Part shown: positions 8,630 to 18,079 of the stretch, piece after piece
Layout of the letters: each line of letters starts with the position of its first letter
Position numbering within the stretch: the stretch's first letter is position 1
Origin: Candidatus Nanopusillus acidilobi
Lineage (GTDB): Archaea; Nanobdellota; Nanobdellia; Nanobdellales; Nanobdellaceae
Assembly (NCBI GenBank): GCA_001552015.1
Contig: CP010514.1
Location: forward strand, 420,001-452,000
Direction of reading: 5' to 3'
DNA: 32,000 bases
Translations under genes and position numbers: made by a program
Notes under the pieces: model-generated
Databases searched by the model: none
Seen by the model: only the letters and a program-made list of their open reading frames with translations
What the model was told of the DNA's origin: nothing

Positions 8630-11188
8630 ATGTGGCATTCTTTATCTATTGAAGAAGTATTTAAAAAATTAAATACTTCATATAAGGGTTTAGATGATTA
8701 TGAAGCTGAAAGGAGGTTAAAAATATATGGAGAAAATAAAATAAAATTAGAGAAAAAGAATTTCATAAAAATTATAATTGAATATTTAAAAAATCCATTC
8801 CTATTATTGTTTCTTGTTGCAGATATATTATCAATTATTTTTGGTGGTATTACTGAAGGATCTGCAATAACATTATTTCTAATATTATATGTAGTATCAG
8901 ATTACTTACATGATAAAAAATCTGAAAAAATAATAAAATCTTTAGAAGAAAATATAGAAAGCAATGTTTTAGTTATTAGAAATGGAAAATATAAATATAT
9001 AAAATCATCAAAAATTGTTCCAGGGGATATTATTGTATTAAAATATGGACAAAGAGCTCCTGCAGATATAAGAATAATAGAATCAATTGACCTAGAAGTT
9101 GATGAAAGCTCTTTAACTGGTGAATCAGAACCAGTAAAAAAATATAATACGATATTACCAAAGGATATTCCAATAAAAGAAAGAAAAAATATGATATTTC
9201 AGAATAGCTATATAATAAAAGGAATTGCAATTGGTGTTGTAGTTGAAACTGGAAACAATACATATTATGGAAGTATATACAAAAATATAAGTAAACAAAA
9301 AAGAAATAAATCTCTACTACAGGAAGAATTGGATAGATTCTCATATTACATGATAATAATTATATCAATAATCGTAATTATATCTTTTGTAATATTATTA
9401 ATAAAGAATATAATAAATTTATACCAGCTAATAATATTCGTAATAGCTTTAGCTATTGTTGTAGTACCAGAAGGATTGCCTGCAGCATTAGTATTAATAT
9501 ATACAATAAGTAGCCAAAAATTGGAAAAGGATCATATATATGTAAAAGATCCCAACATATTGGAAGATATTAGCAATATAGATACTGTTGTTTTAGATAA
9601 AACTGGCACAATTACATATAATGAATTAGTTATAAATAAATTTTTTTATAATGGAAAATTTTATACTATAAAATATTATAAAGATAAAGTAGAAATAATT
9701 TTTAATAAAAAAATAGTAAATATAGATGAAATAAAAGAATTCTTAATATTTTTGTATAATTCAATAGAAGATTATTTAACAATAGATATAGAAAAAAATG
9801 TTGGAGATCCTATAAATTTATCAATATATAAATTGACAAAATATTTAAAAATTTCCAAATTCTTAGAAAGATATTCTATAAATTATTTTGATCCATACAG
9901 AAAAAGATCTTCTGTAATAGTAAAATATAATGATAAAAAATATGCAATAATAAAAGGATCTCCATCTTCCCTTTTATCTATTTCAAAATATATAATAATA
10001 AACAATAAAACATTTAGAATAGACAAATATAAAGAGAAAATTGAAAAAATTGAAAAAGAATATGGAAAAAAGGGGTATAGAATATTAGCAATTGGCATTA
10101 AAGAAATAGAGAATGATAAAGAAGTCGAAAAAGATATAACATTCCTAGGATTATTATTTATAAAAGATAGAATAAGAGAAGGAACTTTAAAATATATAAA
10201 AGAATTAGAAGATCTTGGCATAAATATATATATAGTAACTGGAGATAATAAAGATCATACATTAGGAATATTAAGATTATTAAATTTAGATTATAAAATA
10301 ATAGATGCAAATGATATAAAAAAATTAAATGAAAATTACTTACATAAGATATTAAAAGATTATCATGTTATAGTAAATGCAGATCCTTTAGATAAATATA
10401 GAATAATAAAGACATTAAAGGATAATGGCCATAGAGTATTATTTGTTGGAGATGGAACAAATGATGCAATAGCATTGAAAATATCTAATGTTGGTGTTAC
10501 ATTTTATAATGCAACAGATATAGCAAAAGATTCTGCAAATGTTATATTAATGGATAAGGGAATAGATAACATAACAAAGCTAATTATAGAAGGAAAAAGA
10601 ATTATATACAATCTAAAAGTATATATTTTAGTATTATTATCAGAACTACTTGGAATATTTTTATTTATTTCAATTGGATTTTTTATATATAATCAAATAT
10701 TTCTACAGGCTTTACAATTATTATTATTAAACTTAGTAATTGAAACAATTAATTCATTATATATGGGATCAGCAAATGTTAAAGATAAGAAAATGCTAAA
10801 GAAAATGAAGGTTAAAATATTTGATAGATCTACAAAATTAGAAATAATAAGAAATATGATATTTATTGGCCTTTCTTCTACAATTGTATCTCTAGCTACA
10901 AATGATAATAGTTATATAATAATATTATTCTTAATAGCAACACAAGGAATATTATATATTCACTATGAAAAGGTATTTTCATTAAATATAACAAAAACAA
11001 AGGAATACTATATATCAATATTCCTATCAACATTTATAGCATCCATATTCCTAGTTGGATATTTAAGAAAAATTGTTCAATTTATAATACCATCTTTAAT
11101 TGATATAGTAATATTTGCAATAGTTTCATTATATTTCTTCTTTATATATTCAATAATAGAAAGAGTAGAAAATGTCAGAGGTATCTGA
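8630..11188 (+). CDS. P-type cation-transporting ATPase (P2-like)
   Basis: Cation ATPase N-term domain, VDESSLTGESEPV, VVPEGLPAALVL, DKTGTIT phosphorylation site, TGDNKDHTLG, FVGDGTNDAIALKISNVGV. Confidence 0.95.
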   Translation: MWHSLSIEEVFKKLNTSYKGLDDYEAERRLKIYGENKIKLEKKNFIKIIIEYLKNPFLLLFLVADILSIIFGGITEGSAITLFLILYVVSDYLHDKKSEKIIKSLEENIESNVLVIRNGKYKYIKSSKIVPGDIIVLKYGQRAPADIRIIESIDLEVDESSLTGESEPVKKYNTILPKDIPIKERKNMIFQNSYIIKGIAIGVVVETGNNTYYGSIYKNISKQKRNKSLLQEELDRFSYYMIIIISIIVIISFVILLIKNIINLYQLIIFVIALAIVVVPEGLPAALVLIYTISSQKLEKDHIYVKDPNILEDISNIDTVVLDKTGTITYNELVINKFFYNGKFYTIKYYKDKVEIIFNKKIVNIDEIKEFLIFLYNSIEDYLTIDIEKNVGDPINLSIYKLTKYLKISKFLERYSINYFDPYRKRSSVIVKYNDKKYAIIKGSPSSLLSISKYIIINNKTFRIDKYKEKIEKIEKEYGKKGYRILAIGIKEIENDKEVEKDITFLGLLFIKDRIREGTLKYIKELEDLGINIYIVTGDNKDHTLGILRLLNLDYKIIDANDIKKLNENYLHKILKDYHVIVNADPLDKYRIIKTLKDNGHRVLFVGDGTNDAIALKISNVGVTFYNATDIAKDSANVILMDKGIDNITKLIIEGKRIIYNLKVYILVLLSELLGIFLFISIGFFIYNQIFLQALQLLLLNLVIETINSLYMGSANVKDKKMLKKMKVKIFDRSTKLEIIRNMIFIGLSSTIVSLATNDNSYIIILFLIATQGILYIHYEKVFSLNITKTKEYYISIFLSTFIASIFLVGYLRKIVQFIIPSLIDIVIFAIVSLYFFFIYSIIERVENVRGI

Positions 11189-11260
11189 ATGTCATCATGT
11201 ATCAGCTAACTCTGACCTTCATCACTATTTTTAATAATATTAATATTAAATATAATCTTT

Positions 11261-12388
11261 ATGGATCTTCCGAAAATATCAATTATATTTCCTATTTATA
11301 AAAAAAGTAAATATCTAGAAAATAATATTCAAAAAATATTAGAAGATCCTTATCCAAATGATCTAAAAGAAATAATAATATCAATAGACTCTCCAGAAGA
11401 TGATTTTTTAAATAAATTAATTGAACTAAAAAATAAATATAAAAATATAACATTGGTTATATCAAAAGAAAGAAGGGGAAAGGTTTCTGCAACTAATGAT
11501 GCAGTAAAAATATCTTCTGGAGAAATTTTATTTTTCTTTGATTCAGATGTTATTATTGATTATATTAATATAAATGAACTTGTCAAAGAATTAAAAGAAT
11601 ATGACATAATAGAATTCTATAAAGAAATAATCAAAAAAGGCTGGCTCAGTTATCTTATTTTTATAGAATTTTCTTCATATTTTGATATTATTGATCCCAT
11701 ATTAAATAGAATAAAAAGACCGTTATTCTTAAATGGTGGTGGATTTGCAACTAAAAAAAGTGTATGGAATGACGTAGGGGGATATTCTAAGGTATATGTA
11801 GAAGATGTAGATTTTGCTATGAAAGCTGGAAAAAAAGGATATAAATATTATATGTCAACAAATGTAAAATTATTAATTGAACCATTAACAAGTTTAAGGA
11901 AATGGATTGAACAAAGAAAAAGATGGGGTTTTGGACTGATAGAAGTAATACTAAATCATCTGGATTATATGATAGATTTATTTATACGCAATTTGCTAAC
12001 TACTATATTAATACTTCTAATTTTATATTTACCATACTTAATATGGACTTATATATATATTTACTTGCCAGTTTCTTTTTTATATCAATTTGCTACAAAT
12101 ATATACAAAAATCTATCTAGCAATATTAGTTTTATATATTTAATAATATTAAGTCCATCATCTATTTTCAGAGTATTTTATATTCTATACTTAACTTTAT
12201 TATACATACTATTAACATCTACTTACATATATTTACTAATTTCAATAAAGAGAAGAAAACTATACAATTTTCTCCCATTTATATTATTTTCAATATTATA
12301 TATACCATTATATGAAATAATAATAATATATGATATAATATACTATGGAATATTTGAAAGGGCTCCAAAGATGAATTGGAAAGTTTAA
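11261..12388 (+). CDS. Family 2 glycosyltransferase with C-terminal TM segments (processive-type motifs)
   Basis: ISIIFPIYKKSKYLENNIQKIL, ILFFFDSDV (DxD), FLNGGGFATKKSVWNDVGGYS...EDVDFAMKAG, QRKRWGFG (QxxRW), then several TM helices. Confidence 0.9.
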   Translation: MDLPKISIIFPIYKKSKYLENNIQKILEDPYPNDLKEIIISIDSPEDDFLNKLIELKNKYKNITLVISKERRGKVSATNDAVKISSGEILFFFDSDVIIDYININELVKELKEYDIIEFYKEIIKKGWLSYLIFIEFSSYFDIIDPILNRIKRPLFLNGGGFATKKSVWNDVGGYSKVYVEDVDFAMKAGKKGYKYYMSTNVKLLIEPLTSLRKWIEQRKRWGFGLIEVILNHLDYMIDLFIRNLLTTILILLILYLPYLIWTYIYIYLPVSFLYQFATNIYKNLSSNISFIYLIILSPSSIFRVFYILYLTLLYILLTSTYIYLLISIKRRKLYNFLPFILFSILYIPLYEIIIIYDIIYYGIFERAPKMNWKV

Positions 12389-13372
12389 TGATGAAGAAAA
12401 TAATAATATTGGGAACTTCGTCCTCAATGCCTACTAAAAATAGAAATCATCCAGGGATATTTATAAAATTCAATAAAAAAGGAATTTTATTAGATTGTGG
12501 AGAAAATATACAAAGACAATTAAGGATAATGAAAATTTCACCAACAAAAATAGACTATATATTAATTACACATTGGCATGGAGATCATGTTTTAGGATTA
12601 CCAGGTATTTTCCAAAGTCTATCTAGCATGAATTATAATAAAAAATTAAATATAATAATTCCAAAAGAAAATATAGAAAATTTAAAAAGAATAATTGAAG
12701 ATTTTATGATTCCAATAAACTTCGATATAAATATAATAGAAGCAAGAGAGGGGTTAATAGTTGATGAAGAAGATTTCCAAATATATGGAATAAGGACAAA
12801 GCATTCCATAACTTCTTATTCATATTATATTATAGAAAAGAACTACATTAAACTAGATAAAAATCTACTAAATAAATATAATATAAAAGATAAAGAATTG
12901 ATTAAAAAATTAAAAGAAGGAAAAGAAATAGAAATAGATGGTAAAAAGATATCTTATAAAGATGTAGGATATATAAAGAAAGGAATTAAAATTACATATA
13001 TTACTGATACAATATTTTTTGATAAATTAATTGATTTTGCAAAAGGATAGCACAATATTAATATCTGAATCTACATATTTTTTCCAAGCAGATCTAGCAA
13101 AGAAAAATATGCATATGGATTTTTTAGAAGTTAGAGAAATATTTAACAGAAGTAATAGCAAAATATTATTATTAACACATTTTAGCCAAAGATATGAAGA
13201 AGAAATGGAAAATATAAGAAAAGATATTGAAGAAAAAAATGAAAATGTCTATATATTGGATGACTTTGATGAAATAAATATATATAAAGATAAAATAGAG
13301 TTAAAATTAAAGAAAAATAAAATTATTTATAGATATAATGAAAAAACTGGAGAAATATTAAGACTCAATTAA
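12388..13372 (+). CDS. rnz: Ribonuclease Z (tRNA 3'-endonuclease), split in two frames near 13041-13050
   Basis: First frame: IILGTSSSMPTKNRNHPGIFIKF...LLDCGENIQRQL...THWHGDHVLGLPGIFQSL...ITYITDT; stops at TAG 13048-13050. Second frame continues with STILISESTYFFQADLAKKNMHMDFLEVREIFNRSNSKILLLTHFSQRY. ATG at 12388 is more likely than the upstream start at 12376. Confidence 0.88.
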
Positions 13373-13798
13373 TTTTTTCAATTCTTCCTTTAATTCTTCT
13401 AATTCAGAAGATATATCATCTAATTCCTTTCTAATTTGATTATTATCTTCCTTATTTTCTTCTTTTATTACTTCAACTTTTGGTTTCTTCTTCCTTTTCT
13501 TTTTTTCTATAATTTCCACCTTATTTAATTCTTTAGAATTAATTTCCTTATATAATTCTTCTATCTCTTTTGTTTCTGGTAATGAATTTAATAATTCATC
13601 TATTATATCTTTTATAGACTTTATATTTTCCAATAGTTTATCTAATCTCTGGCTTTTAACTTCATGATCTTTTATATCTTGTAATACGTCATATAATTGT
13701 AAATATATATTTTTCTTTACTCTCTTAATTGCTTCTAATATATCTCTCTCAGATTCTATTTCAACATATAGATTATCTGGGGCCATTGTAGAGCTCAT
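13358..13798 (-). CDS. Hypothetical coiled-coil, charged protein (146 aa)
   Basis: ORF begins 5 nt after the tRNA-Gly 3' end on the same strand; Lys/Glu-rich coiled-coil; 3' end overlaps rnz convergently by 15 nt. Confidence 0.55.
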   Translation of the reverse strand: MSSTMAPDNLYVEIESERDILEAIKRVKKNIYLQLYDVLQDIKDHEVKSQRLDKLLENIKSIKDIIDELLNSLPETKEIEELYKEINSKELNKVEIIEKKKRKKKPKVEVIKEENKEDNNQIRKELDDISSELEELKEELKKLIES

Positions 13799-13802
13799 TT
13801 TA

Positions 13803-13873
13803 TGCGCCGGCCGGGATTCGAACCCGGGTCATAGGCTAGGCAGGCCTACGTCCTACCACTAGACTACCGGCGC
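13803..13873 (-). tRNA. tRNA-Gly (anticodon GCC)
   Basis: Reverse complement GCGCCGG-TA-GTCTAGTGGTAGGAC-G-TAGGC-CTGCCTA-GCCTA-...-CCGGG-TTCGAAT-CCCGG-CCGGCGC; full cloverleaf. Confidence 0.96.
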
Positions 13874-13881
13874 TCTCCATT

Positions 13882-14553
13882 CTATCTAAATATATCTAGC
13901 ACACTATTTATATTGCTTTTCGATTCTTCTAATTTTTCTTTTAATCCTTTTATACTTTCTATTCTCTTATTCTCATCTTCCTTCAATTCATTAACTATCT
14001 TTTCTACTTCAGACATCTTTTCCTTTAATTGTTGCAATAATTCTCTAACCTTCTTATAATCTTCTATCTTTATTAACAATTCTTTTCTTACTTCTAATGG
14101 TTTTTCCTCTTTTAAATGCTGTTTATGAGTTTTCTCTTTAATTTTTTCCTTCAATAGAGGTTTAGTTTCTTGTAAAGTTGATTGTTGTACTTGCTGAGTA
14201 CCAAATCCTTGAGTTCCAAATACTGGTTGTTGACTTTGATTTTCAAATCCTCTAAATTGTTGGTTATTGCTCTGAACTCCACCAAAATTAGTTTGTTGGC
14301 TCATTCCTGCAAATTGTTGCTGACCAAATCCTTGAGTTCCAAATACTGGTTGTTGACTTTGATTTCCTAATGCACTAAAACTACCCGGGTTGGTGTTATA
14401 ATCATAAGGATTTTGACCAGGTTCAGACATGCTATAATTATTACTCATATCTTCTGACATTCCTCCTATGCCTCCAAGTTGATCTTTTAAATTATCTAAA
14501 TCCCCATAAAATTCTTCTTCTTTTTTCTTCTTCTTAAATAAACTCAGTACCAT
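13882..14553 (-). CDS. Low-complexity Q/N/G/F-rich protein with C-terminal coiled-coil (223 aa), function unknown
   Basis: MVLSLFKKKKKEEEFYGDLDNLKDQLGG..., two in-frame NQSQQPVFGTQGFG units, C-terminal charged heptad-like region. Confidence 0.7.
   Translation of the reverse strand: MVLSLFKKKKKEEEFYGDLDNLKDQLGGIGGMSEDMSNNYSMSEPGQNPYDYNTNPGSFSALGNQSQQPVFGTQGFGQQQFAGMSQQTNFGGVQSNNQQFRGFENQSQQPVFGTQGFGTQQVQQSTLQETKPLLKEKIKEKTHKQHLKEEKPLEVRKELLIKIEDYKKVRELLQQLKEKMSEVEKIVNELKEDENKRIESIKGLKEKLEESKSNINSVLDIFR
14200..14365. repeat. Pair of 43-bp direct repeats (14200-14242 and 14323-14365), offset 123 bp (41 codons)
   Basis: Identical accaaatccttgagttccaaatactggttgttgactttgattt in both copies; encodes the NQSQQPVFGTQGFG unit on the minus strand. 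Confidence 0.9.
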
Positions 14554-14589
14554 ATAATATAATTAACAAGTCATAAAATATAAATCTTA

Positions 14590-17406
14590 TTATTCAAAAA
14601 ATACAATGGCTGGTTTATATGGCATTGCCCTATTTTTCTTAGATTCCTTTGATTCTTCTTCATATTCTATAATTATATCTTTAACATTTAATTCAGATTT
14701 AAACAAATCCTTAGCAGAATTTAGTAGTTCATATTCTTTTTCTCTATCAAGAAATTCATCAAGTATATATATGTTTTTCTTTACAAAAAGCAATATATCT
14801 TTATAGTTTTGATAATTATTTAAAAATTCATCAATCTTGTCTTTATTATTTCTTAATTTATTAAATAATTCATACTTTTCTTTACTTGCAATTATTATTT
14901 TTATTTTATCAAATTTTTTATTATTCATTAATATTTTTAACTTTAATAAATCATCTCTTACAGATTTTACATACTTTTCATATTTTTCATATTCATCCGT
15001 ATAACTTAAATCTTCTGGATATCTTATATTAAAGGGATCCAAACCAATTTTTTCAAATATTTCAGAAATAATATGAGGAACTATTGGATATAAAAATATT
15101 GCCTTATATTCAATATATTTATTTATAACTTTTCCATTTATTCTACCTAAAGATCTCTTCAAATACCATTCAAAAGAATTATCTAATTCAAATATCTTAT
15201 TATTAATAACATTCATATAATTTAATTTCTCATATTCATCTTCAATTTCTTTTGCCAATTTATTTAATTTATTTTCAAACCATAAATCTATATAACTTTT
15301 TTCATATTCCTGATGTTTATTATAATTTTCTATTGAATAATTATAGAATGACATTAAATATTTTATTGCGAATTCTGATTTATCTAAATCTATTTTTGCA
15401 TCATCATAAGATGAATTTGCTGACATCGCAATAATAAATCTTAATATATCTGCAGAATATTTTCTTAAAGCATCTCTTAATGATATATAGTTTCCCAATG
15501 ATTTTGACATTTTTCTTCCCAATGCATCTACAGCATATCCATTTATAGCAATTCCTCTTGGCCAATATTTTTTATCAAATATTGCAACATGATGGAAAAT
15601 AAAGAATAATAAATGATTTGGAATTAAATCTTTTCCAGAACTTCTTAAATCGACTGGATACCAATATTCAAATTCTTCTTTCATCTTTTTTGCAATATCC
15701 CCATATTTTCTTATTATTTCTTCTTCATTTCCTTTATTCAAAAATATATAATCAAATAAATCATCTTCAATTTTATTTGGATCTATGTTTTTTATTAAGT
15801 GAGCAATTGTATAAAATGCCATATATATTGTAGAATCTGATAATGATTCTATGACCCAAGATTTATCCCAGGGCAAAGGTGTTCCCAATTCATTTTTATT
15901 ATGTGCACATGCCCAATCTTTTAGCCAATCAATTTTTTGCTGAAAATCTTGTTTTACATAATCAGGATAAAAGTTCATATTATCTACACATTCATGGGCA
16001 AGTTTTTTCCATTCAGGATCTGAATATTTTAAGAACCATTGATTATCTATAATTTTTACAATACATAAATTTCCATATCTAGATTCAAATCTTGGTTTTA
16101 ATGTATAATGTAATTTTGCTATATTGTTTTCTATAAAATCTTTGGCTATATTATCCTTTGCCTCATATATTTTCATACCACTATATTTTCCAAAGATATC
16201 TGTTAATATTCCATTATAATATTCTAAAGAATATATTTCCTTTGTTGCATCTTCTAATTTTTGTAAATCTTTTTGATTATTTATTTTCATTTTTTCAACA
16301 ATTTCCTTTGCTGGTATATTATATCCAGAAACCTTAAATAAAACTTTCATATTATCTAAGCATTTCTTAGCTATTTCTTTATATTCTGTATTTAATAAAT
16401 CCTTTAATCCAATATAATCATATGGAGCATGAGAAGGAACACTCATAACAATACCACTTCCTGTATTTATATCTACAAATTCTGCAGGCAATATTGGTAT
16501 TTCATCTTTTGTTAATGGATTTATACATTCTTTTCCAATTAGTTCCTTAACATCAATATCCTTAATTTTTTCTAATTTATATCCTTGTGCATTAAATTCT
16601 TCAACAATTATTGTATCAGGCAATAAATATTTATTACCACTCTCTTTATCTAAATATATTGAATATTTTCCTTTTGGATTTATCCATATATTAGTCACCC
16701 CATATAATGTTTCTGGTCTTAATGTAAATGCAGGTAATATTATATTTTCATCTTTTAATCTAAATAAAATTATATAACCTTCTGTAGGGCCTATTCCAGC
16801 ATATTCATCTGGTCTATCATGATCACCAACAGGTATATTTGCAACTGGATCATATACTACTGGATGCTTTCCAGTTATAATTAATCCCTTTTCTTTCAAT
16901 TTTCTATATTGCCATTCTATAAATTTATTATACCATGGATTCAAATATGTTGTATAAAATTTCCTTCTCCAATCTATTGAACATCCTAAATTTTTTATAT
17001 CTTCTTCAGCCTTTTCTACAAAATATAAAGCCCATCCCGCAGGATCTTTTAATTTTTCTATATCCTCATCAGAAATTCCTTCATCCTTTAATTCCTTTAT
17101 AATTTTTTCATCTCCATTTCTTAATTTCCATGATTTTGCAACAATTGGAGATCCAGTTAGATGAAAACCTTGAGGAAATAATACATTATAACCCTTTAAT
17201 CTTTTATATCTAGCAAGAATATCTACTCTAGATAAAGATAAAGCAGTACCAATATGAAGAAATCCACTTACATATGGGTATGGAAATGTGACAAAAAACT
17301 TTGGTTTTTCTTTATCAGGATTTGAATAATATATCTGTTTCTCATCCCATATCTTTTGCCATTTTTTCTCTATCTCTTTAAAGAATTTTATATCATTTTC
17401 ATTCAT
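14590..17406 (-). CDS. leuS: Leucyl-tRNA synthetase (archaeal type)
   Basis: FVTFPYPYVSGFLHIGTALS, LFPQGFHLTGSPI, HPVVYDPVANIPVGDHDR, LRPETLYGVTNIWINP, MPSHAPYDY, DALGRKMSKSLGNYISL. Confidence 0.97.
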   Translation of the reverse strand: MNENDIKFFKEIEKKWQKIWDEKQIYYSNPDKEKPKFFVTFPYPYVSGFLHIGTALSLSRVDILARYKRLKGYNVLFPQGFHLTGSPIVAKSWKLRNGDEKIIKELKDEGISDEDIEKLKDPAGWALYFVEKAEEDIKNLGCSIDWRRKFYTTYLNPWYNKFIEWQYRKLKEKGLIITGKHPVVYDPVANIPVGDHDRPDEYAGIGPTEGYIILFRLKDENIILPAFTLRPETLYGVTNIWINPKGKYSIYLDKESGNKYLLPDTIIVEEFNAQGYKLEKIKDIDVKELIGKECINPLTKDEIPILPAEFVDINTGSGIVMSVPSHAPYDYIGLKDLLNTEYKEIAKKCLDNMKVLFKVSGYNIPAKEIVEKMKINNQKDLQKLEDATKEIYSLEYYNGILTDIFGKYSGMKIYEAKDNIAKDFIENNIAKLHYTLKPRFESRYGNLCIVKIIDNQWFLKYSDPEWKKLAHECVDNMNFYPDYVKQDFQQKIDWLKDWACAHNKNELGTPLPWDKSWVIESLSDSTIYMAFYTIAHLIKNIDPNKIEDDLFDYIFLNKGNEEEIIRKYGDIAKKMKEEFEYWYPVDLRSSGKDLIPNHLLFFIFHHVAIFDKKYWPRGIAINGYAVDALGRKMSKSLGNYISLRDALRKYSADILRFIIAMSANSSYDDAKIDLDKSEFAIKYLMSFYNYSIENYNKHQEYEKSYIDLWFENKLNKLAKEIEDEYEKLNYMNVINNKIFELDNSFEWYLKRSLGRINGKVINKYIEYKAIFLYPIVPHIISEIFEKIGLDPFNIRYPEDLSYTDEYEKYEKYVKSVRDDLLKLKILMNNKKFDKIKIIIASKEKYELFNKLRNNKDKIDEFLNNYQNYKDILLFVKKNIYILDEFLDREKEYELLNSAKDLFKSELNVKDIIIEYEEESKESKKNRAMPYKPAIVFFE

Positions 17407-17461
17407 AAAGTAAATTTAAATATAAAAATACTTTTAAAATTATTTTTTATGATTTTATTAA

Positions 17462-18079
17462 ATGGCATATAATAAAAAGTATGCTGATTGGAGTAAAAAG
17501 GTATGGGTAGATATATATGCACCTGTAGAAATATTTAATGAAAATAAAATTGGAGAAACACCAGCAAATAAGGATGATGTTGAAGAAATAATTGGGAGAT
17601 CTGTAGACCTAAATCTTGCATTTATATTAAATAATTTTAAATATCAGAACTACAAAGTTATATTTCAGATAAATAAAATATCGGGATTAAAAGCTTATAC
17701 AGAAGTAAAGGAAATAATGTTATATCCATCATATATAAGAAGAATAACAAGGAAAGGAACATCAAAGATAGAAGATTCATTTATAGTAAAAACAAATGAT
17801 GGATATGAAGTGAAAATAAAACCATTAGTTATTACAAGATTTAAAGCACATAGATCACAAAGAGCTGAAATAAGAAAAACATATAGAAAATATTTAGAAG
17901 AAAAAGTTTCTTCATTAAAATATTATGAATTAATTGAAAAGGTAATAAATTATGATTTACAAAATGAGATAAAACCAACATTAAATAAAATATTTCCTGT
18001 TAGTAATGTTGAAATAAGGAGAATAACAAAAATAAGTCAAATTAAGCAGGAAATTCCACAAACAGTAGAAAATAAATAA
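17462..18079 (+). CDS. rps3ae: Ribosomal protein S3Ae (eS1)
   Basis: KKVWVDIYAPVEIFNENKIGETPANKDDVEEIIGRSVDLNLAFILNNF...YPSYIRRITRKGTSKIEDSF...RAEIRKTYRKYLEEK. Confidence 0.93.
   Translation: MAYNKKYADWSKKVWVDIYAPVEIFNENKIGETPANKDDVEEIIGRSVDLNLAFILNNFKYQNYKVIFQINKISGLKAYTEVKEIMLYPSYIRRITRKGTSKIEDSFIVKTNDGYEVKIKPLVITRFKAHRSQRAEIRKTYRKYLEEKVSSLKYYELIEKVINYDLQNEIKPTLNKIFPVSNVEIRRITKISQIKQEIPQTVENK

Noticed and set aside
9030-9344. Minus-strand 104-aa ORF (and others such as 1505-1792, 6693-6947, 7172-7432, 9883-10221, 22593-22922, 23455-23721)
   Set aside because: Each lies entirely antisense within a long, well-supported CDS and shows the hydrophobic composition typical of AT-rich shadow ORFs.
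13048-13050. Pyrrolysine/readthrough at TAG in rnz (and 30098-30100 in pyrG)
   Set aside because: Simple in-frame readthrough does not restore homology; a +1 change of frame is required in both cases.
13804-13873. Intron or split tRNA at the tRNA-Gly locus
   Set aside because: The tRNA folds completely as a contiguous ~70-nt cloverleaf; no intron is needed.
14182-14370. Plus-strand ORF with repeated LLSTKSLSSKYWLLTLI
   Set aside because: It is an antisense shadow of the direct repeats in the minus-strand low-complexity gene.
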